DNA of 64,000 bases, taken from positions 136,349 to 200,348 of the forward strand of contig CBDESR010000002.1 in assembly GCA_965242615.1 (NCBI GenBank), given 5' to 3'. The DNA comes from Dehalococcoidia bacterium (GTDB taxonomy: Bacteria; Chloroflexota; Dehalococcoidia; Lucifugimonadales; UBA3495). The notes below the pieces were generated by a model. The model saw nothing but the letters and a program-made list of their open reading frames with translations. It had not been told where the DNA came from and ran no database searches. How positions within the stretch are numbered: the stretch's first letter is position 1; every line of letters begins with the position of its first letter. The translations under genes were made by a program, and so were the position numbers. This document shows positions 8,615 through 16,143 of this stretch, piece after piece.

Positions 8615-9858
8615 TTGGAGCACTTTGAGCTTTTTACTGGGCAAAGGGACTTGGAGAGGGTTTTCGCGGAGTTGAACTTGCCATCCTTAGCTCAGAGATT
8701 AGAACCAGAGTGCCCCGACCCGAGGGGGCGGCCGCGGTACTCGCGGTTGGCGTTTCTGCAGGCCTTTTTCCTGGCTAGGGCCAGGGGCTGGGAGAGCACG
8801 GCGCAATTGGTAAGGGAGTTACAGTTGAACGCGGCATTTGCATATTTCTGCGGCTTCACGGAAGTGGGCGTCGGACAGGCTGTCGTTATCAGGGTACCGC
8901 ATCGGACTACTTTCTCCCGGGCCTTTGCCGAGGTTTGCCGAGGGCTTCCTCTGTTGGAAGCCCAGCTCCGAGAGATTGCGCGGGAGTACGCTTCCCTTGT
9001 CGAGGGTTTCGGGGAAGATTTAGTAGTAGATGCTTCGGTTGTGCCGACCAATGCCAACCCTACTAAGCGGCCTAAGGGCGGGCTGTCCCGGTATACTGAT
9101 CCAGATGCCGGCATTGCGGTGAAGAACTCGCCGCGTTCTCTGGACGGCAAGGTAAAAGTACTTGGCTACAGCTGTCATTCGGCAGTGGATGCGAAGACCG
9201 GTTGTTTGCTGGACCTGGTAGTTTCGCCGGGCGGAGTCCATGAAACGACATTGCTGGGCGGGGTGGTTGACCGACTGCTGGAGCGGCATCCGCAACTGCC
9301 TTTCCGTTCTTTGATTACCGACCGGGGCTACGACTCCAAGCTGAATAACGAGATGTTGTATAAGATAGGGATTAACCCGGTGATTCACAAGCGGCGGCCG
9401 CGGGGAGGAGGCTTGCACGACGGGATTTATACTACCGAAGGGACTCCTACTTGTGTCGGCAGGCAACCAATGATTTTGCGGGTACCGACCCGCGGACCAA
9501 GCAGCGGTTGTATCGGTCTTCTCCAGAAGGCTGTCATTTGAAAGGCCAGGTTCTGTTCACCAGGTTCTGCGATAGTGAGGTAAGGGTGAACCCGGAGGAT
9601 GACATTCGTCTGTTCGGAGGCGCGTTGCGTCGGGACGGGACGGAGTGGCGGGCCAAGTACCGGATGCGCTGGACGGTGGAGCGGCTGTTTTCCGAGTGGA
9701 AAAGGGAGGGGCATATCGAGCGACACCATTTCCGGGGGAAGGATAAAATCGAAACTCTGGTTATCCTTCAAGCCGTGTTCTCAGCAGCCAAAGTTTTGAG
9801 TCGGTTGCGTCAGGGAGAGACTGCCGGGCTGCATCGGGGGATATGGACGGTAAAGTGA
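8615..9858 (+). mobile_element. IS4/IS5-superfamily transposase gene, split by a -1 frame change (8615..9541 and 9451..9858); probably inactivated
   Basis: The N-terminal part resembles the InsH-type N-terminal domain (RGRPRYSRLAFLQAFFLARARGWESTAQLVRELQLNAAFAYFCGF). DDE region: VVDASVVPTN, LITDRGYDS. The C-terminal Y-x2-R-x3-E-x6-K-type motif (YRMRWTVERLFSEWKREGHIERHHFRG) is found only in the second frame. The junction is near 9465-9480. I could not define the element ends. Confidence 0.7.
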
Positions 9859-9981
9859 GTGCGGGTCACGGAAACGTGTCTTGGCGAGTGATTAGTCGCC
9901 TGTCCCAAGCGATCGGAACTGTCTGAAGGCATGTCGGGGTAGTCTGGGTGTTTGATTTAGACAAGGACTTTATGTTTTACG

Positions 9982-10012
9982 GGGCGTCTTAAAGACGTCC
10001 TGTATTTTTGTG
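9982..10012 (+). terminator. Hairpin plus T-run (possible intrinsic terminator or IS-end remnant)
   Basis: GGGCGTCTT-A-AAGACGTCC can pair (with one G-U), followed by TGTATTTTTGTGG. Lies in a conspicuously A/T-rich noncoding stretch (9860-10190). Confidence 0.35.
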
Positions 10013-10190
10013 GCGCGATGCCAGTATTTTCAGATTCTGGAGAATTACGGATTTCGTCACAATAGGTTAATAATTTTCTTGAGGTGCTGTTTTTTGCACT
10101 GAGCTAACGCCGCGTCTCCGGCTTGACGCCGGCACCTTTTCTGCTTATCCTTACCTTGAAAATCGGCATCCTGACATTTAAGGAGCAGCT

Positions 10191-10622
10191 ATGACGCAGC
10201 AAGCCGCCCCCGCCATTACGCCGCCGGTGCCGCAGCCGGAGTCGGATTTCTATTGGGAGAAGTGCCAGGAGCATCAGTTGTGGCTGCGGTACTGCCGGGA
10301 CTGCAACACCGCCTACTTCTACCCCCGGGATCTTTGCCCGGCGTGTTTTTCCCGCAACACCGCCTGGATCCAGAGCAGCGGGCGCGGCACGGTGCACACT
10401 TTCTGCATCGTCCACCGGGCGCCCACGCCGGCTTTCCGCGACCGGACGCCCTATGTGCCGGCGGTGGTGGAACTGGACGAGGGCGCGCGCATCTGCACCA
10501 ACCTGGTGGAAGTGGCGCCGGAACCGACCGCCATCCGCTGCGGTATGGCCGTGGAAGTGGTCTTTGAGGATTTGACCGACGCCATCAGCCTGCCCAAGTT
10601 CCGCCCGGCGGCGACGGCATAG
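10191..10622 (+). CDS. Zn-ribbon/OB-fold protein (DUF35 family)
   Basis: 143 aa. LRYCRDCNTAYFYPRDLCPACFS is a four-Cys rubredoxin-like ribbon, followed by an OB-fold-like GRGTVHTFCIVHRA...YVPAVVELDEGARICTNLV. Strong SD AAGGAG before the ATG. Confidence 0.75.
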   Translation: MTQQAAPAITPPVPQPESDFYWEKCQEHQLWLRYCRDCNTAYFYPRDLCPACFSRNTAWIQSSGRGTVHTFCIVHRAPTPAFRDRTPYVPAVVELDEGARICTNLVEVAPEPTAIRCGMAVEVVFEDLTDAISLPKFRPAATA

Positions 10623-10677
10623 CAACTCCGGGCAATACCCGGCCCAGTACCCCAAAATGCAATCCGGAGGAAGGATT

Positions 10678-10983
10678 ATGACTACCCCCAATCCGGCGCG
10701 GGAAGTCGCCCCGAAAATGGCGGAACTCAGTGCCAATGTCCTCTTTGGCGATGTTTGGGAACGCCCGGAGCTGTCCAAGCGGGACCGCAGCCTGATTACC
10801 GTGGCTACCTTGGTGGCTTTGTACCGCACCGACCAGCTGCGCGGCCATATCAACCGCGCCCTGGACAACGGCGTTACCCAAGAGGAAATTGGCGAGGTCA
10901 TCACTCACATTGCCTTTTACGCCGGCTGGCCGACCGCCGCCAATGCCGTGCGGGTGGCTAAAGAAGTTTTTGACTCCCGGTAG
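10678..10983 (+). CDS. Carboxymuconolactone decarboxylase (CMD/AhpD-like) family protein
   Basis: ORF 10657..10983. I prefer ATG 10678, preceded by GGAGGAAGG. Family-typical segments: FGDVWERPELSKRDRSLITVATLVAL...EEIGEVITHIAFYAGWPTA. Confidence 0.75.
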   Translation: MTTPNPAREVAPKMAELSANVLFGDVWERPELSKRDRSLITVATLVALYRTDQLRGHINRALDNGVTQEEIGEVITHIAFYAGWPTAANAVRVAKEVFDSR

Positions 10984-10996
10984 GCGCAAATCCCGG

Positions 10997-11866
10997 TCAG
11001 CCCCTTCCCCTTAAACCGGCGATTACCTGCTGCGCCGCCGCATAGTTGCGCCGGCCGCCGGGTAGGATACCCGGCACCAGGTAGATGTTCAGTAACCCGG
11101 CGGCGCGGAAAGCGGCGTACAGTTCCAATGCCTGGTCCACGGGAGAACGCCCGGCGGCGATTTCCGCCCAAGCCGCCGCCGGCGTGGGGCCAAAGGCAAT
11201 CCCGCCCGGCTCTAAAATCTGCAATCCATAAAAAACCGGCGCCGGCAACCGCTCCCCGGCAAGGGCGGCGTAAGCCTCTTGAAACCGTATAGCAATTGCT
11301 GGGTCATAAATCGGCTGGGTGATGAGGAAATGGGCCCCGGCGGCGATTTTGCGGCGGGTCAACCTTACTTCCCGTTGCCAGTCCCGGCCCAAGTCGACGG
11401 TAGCGCCAATGCAAAAGTCGGTAGGCGCAACCAGTTCAGCATTGCGGAAATCCCGCCCCCGGTTCAGCGCGGCTATAGCGGCGATTAGTTCCGTAGGCCG
11501 GTAATCGGCAACGGTTAGCGGCCGTCCCGGGTCGGCGGGATGGAACGGGTCGCCGGCGGCCACCACTACATTGCTCAACCCCAACAACTGCGCCCCCAAT
11601 AGCTGGGATTGCAGGGACAAGCGGTTCGCGTCCCGGGTAATCAGGGTAAAAGCCGTTTCCCGCCCGGTCTGCCGCCGGATGTGCGCCGCGACCATCGCGG
11701 AGTCGGCCCGCACCGCCCGGCCGGGGCAGTAGCCCACCAGCAGAAAGTCGGCATCCGGGAAAGACTCGGGCAAGTCCGCCGCATTGCCGGAACGCGGCGG
11801 GGAAATATCACAGATGATTACCGGCCGCCCGGCCGTTTCCGCGCAGCCGTCGGTAACTTTTACCAT
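10997..11866 (-). CDS. Methylenetetrahydrofolate reductase (MetF)-like TIM-barrel protein
   Basis: ORF 10997..12139. I prefer ATG 11866 (MVKVTDG...), after the upstream gene stop at 11902. Resemblance to the MTHFR family comes from pattern recall (ICDISPPRSG..., LLGLSNVVVAAGDP, AGAHFLITQPIYD). Not verified by alignment. Confidence 0.5.
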   Translation of the reverse strand: MVKVTDGCAETAGRPVIICDISPPRSGNAADLPESFPDADFLLVGYCPGRAVRADSAMVAAHIRRQTGRETAFTLITRDANRLSLQSQLLGAQLLGLSNVVVAAGDPFHPADPGRPLTVADYRPTELIAAIAALNRGRDFRNAELVAPTDFCIGATVDLGRDWQREVRLTRRKIAAGAHFLITQPIYDPAIAIRFQEAYAALAGERLPAPVFYGLQILEPGGIAFGPTPAAAWAEIAAGRSPVDQALELYAAFRAAGLLNIYLVPGILPGGRRNYAAAQQVIAGLRGRG

Positions 11867-11901
11867 AGCAATCCGGGCGGGCAAAACGGCGGGATGGCGG
11901 C

Positions 11902-12651
11902 TTAACTTTCCAGCTTTTCCAGATATTCCCGGAAAATCCGGATGGACTTCTGCTCCGACATCCCCAAGTAGTAGCGGATACCCTGCACATACTCCACCAC
12001 ATCCCGGGGCAGCATCAGCAGGTTCTCCCGGGGTTCGGAAATGTGGTACAAGTGGTCCACGCCATCCTCCAACCCCACATAAAGGGTATCCTCGAGGATG
12101 GCTAACGATTTGGAATCCACATCGGTACGCGCCATCCAACGGGCGATGACCAAAGGCAGGCGCAACCAGTTATACCACTCCTCGCCCAAGTCGTAGCGGT
12201 GGGGAAAGCCGCGGGCGCCCCGCCGCTGCCGCAAGCCGGCATCGCCGCTGACCACAAAGGCGGTATGCTCCTCCTGCCGGGATACATAGGCTTGCGGCCG
12301 GATGGCGTACTTCTGCTCCAGCAGCACCCGCAGCAGCTGCCCCGCCGTTACCGACTCCGCGGGAATGGCAATGCGGGCGTCAGTCAGTTCGGCGATGGGA
12401 CTTTGGGAATAGAGGAACATACTGCCGGCCCGGTCGGTGCTGGCAATGCAAAACCCGCCGACCGGCTGAAAAATGCCCTCTTTGCCGAAAGTGTCCACAA
12501 TCGGCACCGGGGCGGCGTCGATAAGCCCCTGCTCCAGATCGGCGGCCGCCCGCTGCGGCGTGGTATCCACCAGTTGCAGCCCCCGCCGCACCGTGTCAAA
12601 GTAAAAGGGTTCGCAAATCATATAGGGGACACGCCCCACTTTCAGCGTCAT
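11902..12651 (-). CDS. MqnA/MqnD-like (periplasmic-binding-protein fold, futalosine-pathway family) protein
   Basis: ORF 11902..12714. I prefer ATG 12651 (MTLKVGRVPYMICEPFYF...), the typical N-terminus of the MqnA/DUF178 family. Assignment is by pattern recall only. Confidence 0.5.
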   Translation of the reverse strand: MTLKVGRVPYMICEPFYFDTVRRGLQLVDTTPQRAAADLEQGLIDAAPVPIVDTFGKEGIFQPVGGFCIASTDRAGSMFLYSQSPIAELTDARIAIPAESVTAGQLLRVLLEQKYAIRPQAYVSRQEEHTAFVVSGDAGLRQRRGARGFPHRYDLGEEWYNWLRLPLVIARWMARTDVDSKSLAILEDTLYVGLEDGVDHLYHISEPRENLLMLPRDVVEYVQGIRYYLGMSEQKSIRIFREYLEKLES

Positions 12652-12766
12652 ACACCGTTCCCAACTTTCAGATTCCGGCTGGTCGGCTACCGATTCTAGG
12701 GAAACTCCGTCCACTGGTCAAGGGAATAGCCGGCAAGCCAGGGTTTCCCTTGGGCTAGGGACTGGA

Positions 12767-13804
12767 TTAGGCGGGTTTGGCAGCCGCCGCAACGACTTCG
12801 GCAATATGCCGCAAGCTGTCCACCACGCTGTTCAAAGCTTCCGAGTACTCGACCTCCCTTTTCAGGTTGACCGGCGCATAATCATCGTGGGTTGCTCCCA
12901 ACTGGGCGCGTACCTGGTCCATATCGAGCTTGCTCAGGTCGTCGACAAATCGCACCCACAAGGGAGATTCACCGGTACTCTCGAACCGTTCCAATTGGAT
13001 TCCGAACCAGACCCAAGCTAATCCGGAAAGATGGATGTAGCGGCCATATTCTCCGCTGTACCGCATTACCCGCGAGCCTTTCCGGCTGGCCCAACCTTCC
13101 TCAACCCCGCGCCAGGTAGCCCCTTCAATCAGCTGCTCGAAGTCCCGCTTACGCTGTTCCGAATCCTCCCCAACCAGCTCATCCCGAAGGATAGGCTTGA
13201 AAACTCCCGTACCCGCATAGCGGGCAAGACTTCGCAATTGCCGGATTTCGACGCCGATGCCGGCCGGTTCCTCAGCGTCACCGGAGCGGGCTGCCATACT
13301 GTCCAGCAAACCCGTCCAACTGACGAGCATCAAATGACGCTGGGTGTCGCCAATACGAAAGCACTTGCGCTCCGCTTCAGCCAAGGCCAGGGCGTATTGA
13401 CCCTCGACACGGCCGCGCAATTCAGGCCAAAGCCACCTAATCCGGTCATCCGGCGCAAGAAACACCAGCGCCGCCGGGCCATCATCCGGCAACCGGTTAA
13501 GGTAGGCATTGGGCTGATTGTCGGTAAGGCCGGCCCAGAATTTGACCTCGACAATTACCCGTTCTTTCTGTTCATCATCGAAGCCAACCATATCGGGAAT
13601 CGAGCTGCCGGCGTCAAGTACCTGCGTCCGCACGGCCTTAATCGGCTTTACACCCCGGACGCCGGACTGAACTACTTCGTTCAACGCCTCGATAGAGGCG
13701 TAGGAGTTCGCCAAGATGTGGGCTAGGGCTTCCGTAGCAATATCCTCCTGGTTCCCGGGAAACCGCCCCGCCAGGTGCGCCAACAAAGTATCGCTCTCCG
13801 CCAT
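12767..13804 (-). CDS. PD-(D/E)XK nuclease-like hypothetical protein
   Basis: ORF 12767..14116. I prefer ATG 13804, preceded by a strong SD AAGGAGG. The long N-terminal extension overlaps the upstream gene. IPDMVGFDDEQKERVIVEVKFWAG fits the PD...(D/E)xK restriction-endonuclease-fold motif. The C-terminal 200 aa have no recognisable domain. Confidence 0.6.
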   Translation of the reverse strand: MAESDTLLAHLAGRFPGNQEDIATEALAHILANSYASIEALNEVVQSGVRGVKPIKAVRTQVLDAGSSIPDMVGFDDEQKERVIVEVKFWAGLTDNQPNAYLNRLPDDGPAALVFLAPDDRIRWLWPELRGRVEGQYALALAEAERKCFRIGDTQRHLMLVSWTGLLDSMAARSGDAEEPAGIGVEIRQLRSLARYAGTGVFKPILRDELVGEDSEQRKRDFEQLIEGATWRGVEEGWASRKGSRVMRYSGEYGRYIHLSGLAWVWFGIQLERFESTGESPLWVRFVDDLSKLDMDQVRAQLGATHDDYAPVNLKREVEYSEALNSVVDSLRHIAEVVAAAAKPA

Positions 13805-13902
13805 CAGAAACCGCCTCCTTGAAAATGTCAGGTTTAGTTTAACCGCCCCGCGCCGGTTGAGCAAACCGGCCGGGGCCGCCAAGTTCCGGTTGGGCCGGGT
13901 TG

Positions 13903-14283
13903 CTACTCCCGGGCCGGTTCCGCCGGGTAGTTCTCCCGCATCCCGGTGTCGCCGGGCTGCACCACGAAGTCCCGGCGATCCCGGTACAGCCGGGCCCGGT
14001 TCAGCACATAGTCCCCGCCATCCCGGTAGGGGTCGATTTTGGCGTAGTCGTCCATCAGCCAATACTTGTGGTCGCCGATGAACAGGTAGGTGTTCCGCAT
14101 CGTGAAAAAGCGGCAAGCCACCCCTTCGCAGGCCCGGAACCGGGCGCAGACCGCCGCCAGCAAATCCCGCTGGTCATCCTTTTCGGTCAGCACATACTCG
14201 TGCGGCCAGGTTTCCCGGTAAGTAACCGCCTCCCGCCAGGGGGCAGCGGCAATCAGCCCGGTCAAGTTCAGTTCGGCATCCAT
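13903..14283 (-). CDS. Hypothetical protein (126 aa)
   Basis: ORF with SD GGGAGAGG and ATG 14283. Normal-looking composition and no overlapping better ORF. No domain recognised. Confidence 0.55.
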   Translation of the reverse strand: MDAELNLTGLIAAAPWREAVTYRETWPHEYVLTEKDDQRDLLAAVCARFRACEGVACRFFTMRNTYLFIGDHKYWLMDDYAKIDPYRDGGDYVLNRARLYRDRRDFVVQPGDTGMRENYPAEPARE

Positions 14284-14300
14284 AAACGCACCTCTCCCTA

Positions 14301-14325
14301 AACAAAAATCCCCGCCGGAACGGGG
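14301..14325 (-). promoter_or_regulatory. 5'-leader stem-loop followed by a U-run, immediately upstream of the RBS
   Basis: The minus strand reads CCCCG-TTCCGG-CGGGG then ATTTTTGTTT, then GGGAGAGG and the ATG. It looks like an intrinsic terminator, yet it sits at the predicted 5' end of the transcript. Confidence 0.35.
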
Positions 14326-14334
14326 TATATACGG

Positions 14335-14363
14335 GTTTTATCCAAAGTGGCCGCAGTTGTCAA
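14335..14363 (-). promoter_or_regulatory. Candidate promoter for the 14283-start gene
   Basis: The minus strand reads TTGACA (14363-14358), a 17-nt spacer, then TAAAAC (14340-14335). Confidence 0.4.
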
Positions 14364-14541
14364 GGGGACGGCTTGCCCGGCGGCCCAAAAGGGGATTTGC
14401 CGGGAATTTCCGATAATCGGGCAATCGTGCCGGCAAGTCCGAAACTCCTCGATCAAGCGTAGCATTTAAGGGCCGGTTATCCGATAATATATAAGGAAGT
14501 TTCCCACAACCCCAACTAACCTGCCAACAAAAGGATTGCCG

Positions 14542-16077
14542 ATGCGCTTGCTTTTAACCCTTGCCCTTATCGCCGCCGGGGGCGGCCTTGCCCTGTTATT
14601 CCAACTGACCGCCGCGCCGGCCCAAGCCCAGACCGCTGACGAAATCCGGCTCCTGTCCCACCGGGTCGAAAGCCGCTTTCCCGACAGCGTCCACTTCTTT
14701 GTCGAGGCGGCCGGCCCGGACGAAATCAACGACATCCGGGTCTATCTGAAAACCATCGGCCAAGTCAGCCGCAGCGCCTACCGGCAGGTGGAGTTTGCCC
14801 CGGGAACCCGCATCAGCGGCGAAGCCGAACTGCTCAGCGGCGGCAATAACTACTTTCCCCCCGGCACCCGGATGGCTTATTCCTTTGAGATTAGGGATAC
14901 TGCCGGCCGCCGGCTCCGCACGGAGGAGCAAATCTTTGTCTATCTGGATACCCGTTTCCAGTGGCTTACCCTGACCGACGGGCTGATTACCGTCTATTAC
15001 AACAACCCCCTGGCGCAAAGCCGGGCGCAGCACGTGCTGGAAACGGCGGCCGCGACCCTGGACTATATGGGGCCGGTGCTGGGTATCCAGCCGGAGTATC
15101 CCCTGCACATCGTTACCTATCACAACTACCGGGATATGTCCGGCGCGCTGCCTTTCCGCTCCCAAGCCGTCCGGGAGCAGCTGATAACGGCGGGAATGGC
15201 TTTCGACGAGGAGCGGGTGCTGCTGGTTTATAGTGGCGGCCCGGGCGTAACCGGCACTACCGCCCACGAGTTCGTCCATCTCCTGGTCGGCGATGCTACT
15301 GGCCGCGCCTATTCCCAAGTGCCGGCATGGTTGAACGAAGGCTTGGCCGAATACGGCGATTTCAGCGCGGACGCCGACCGGGAACGCTACCTGCAACGCG
15401 CCCTCCAGCAAGGCAAAGTGCGCCCCCTGTGGCAGCAAGCGGCCTTCAGCGGCACCCCGGAGGACATCCTGATCGGTTACGGGCAAGGCTTGTCCGTAGT
15501 CAACTTTCTGGTGAAAAACTACGGCACTGCGCCCCTTGCCGATTTGATGCAAGCAATGCGGCGCACTCTGGACATTGACGCCGCCCTGCTCGAAGTTTAT
15601 GGCTTCGACCAGTACGGGTTGGATGCCCTGTGGCGGCAGTCCTTGGGCTTGCCGGCTTTGCCGCGCCCGGAAACGCCGGAGCCGTCCCGGCCGCAAGCCC
15701 CGGCGCAACCCCGGGCCACCGCTACACCGCGGCCTACTCTAGCCTTGGCCGCTTTCCCGGTGGCATCGCCCACAGCCACCCCAGTGCCGTCGCTCCCCAC
15801 TGTTGCCGTACCGGAACCGGCGGCCACGGCCGCCCCCACGGCCACCGCAACACCGCCGGCAGCGGATACCCCTATGCCTACCCCGACTCCGCTCCCCTTG
15901 GCCGCCAACCGTACGCCTGTGCCGCCGGCCGCAACGCCCGCAACGCCGGCCGCTGAGCCCGGCGGCGGCTGCAACCCGGCGGCCGCGCCGGCCTCGGGCG
16001 GCGAACTAGCCTTAATCCTGCTGCTGGTCAGCCCGGCGGCAATGCTGGCGGCGGCCCGACGGCGGCTATTCCGGTAA
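14542..16077 (+). CDS. Secreted zinc metallopeptidase (peptidase MA-type, HExxH) with Pro/Ala/Thr-rich linker and C-terminal anchor-like tail
   Basis: ORF 14536..16077. ATG 14542 is preceded by AAGGA. Signal peptide MRLLLTLALIAAGGGLALLFQLTAAPAQA. Motifs HEFVH (HExxH) and the downstream NEGLAEY. The C-terminus is GGGCNPAAAPASGGELALILLLVSPAAMLAAARRRLFR. Confidence 0.8.
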   Translation: MRLLLTLALIAAGGGLALLFQLTAAPAQAQTADEIRLLSHRVESRFPDSVHFFVEAAGPDEINDIRVYLKTIGQVSRSAYRQVEFAPGTRISGEAELLSGGNNYFPPGTRMAYSFEIRDTAGRRLRTEEQIFVYLDTRFQWLTLTDGLITVYYNNPLAQSRAQHVLETAAATLDYMGPVLGIQPEYPLHIVTYHNYRDMSGALPFRSQAVREQLITAGMAFDEERVLLVYSGGPGVTGTTAHEFVHLLVGDATGRAYSQVPAWLNEGLAEYGDFSADADRERYLQRALQQGKVRPLWQQAAFSGTPEDILIGYGQGLSVVNFLVKNYGTAPLADLMQAMRRTLDIDAALLEVYGFDQYGLDALWRQSLGLPALPRPETPEPSRPQAPAQPRATATPRPTLALAAFPVASPTATPVPSLPTVAVPEPAATAAPTATATPPAADTPMPTPTPLPLAANRTPVPPAATPATPAAEPGGGCNPAAAPASGGELALILLLVSPAAMLAAARRRLFR

Positions 16078-16085
16078 CAGCAAAC

Positions 16086-16107
16086 GGGCAACCCTTTGGG
16101 GTTGCCC
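16086..16107. terminator. Hairpin between convergent genes
   Basis: GGGCAACCC-TTTG-GGGTTGCCC, a perfect 9-bp stem, lies between the peptidase stop (16077) and the permease stop (16144). There is no clear U-run. Confidence 0.45.
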
Positions 16108-16143
16108 GCAATGCTTGGCAGAGAGACGCCCCTTGATACCCGG

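Noticed and set aside
12767-14116. The full 449-aa ORF as the nuclease-like gene
   Set aside because: The first 104 codons overlap the upstream 126-aa gene and translate to Arg/Pro/Gly-rich sequence. An internal ATG at 13804 with a strong AAGGAGG RBS gives a sensible N-terminus.
15650-15960. Repetitive-looking GC-rich stretch (possible tandem repeat or array)
   Set aside because: It is the in-frame Pro/Ala/Thr-rich linker of the secreted peptidase. It has no regular repeat unit or spacer structure and is not a CRISPR array or VNTR.
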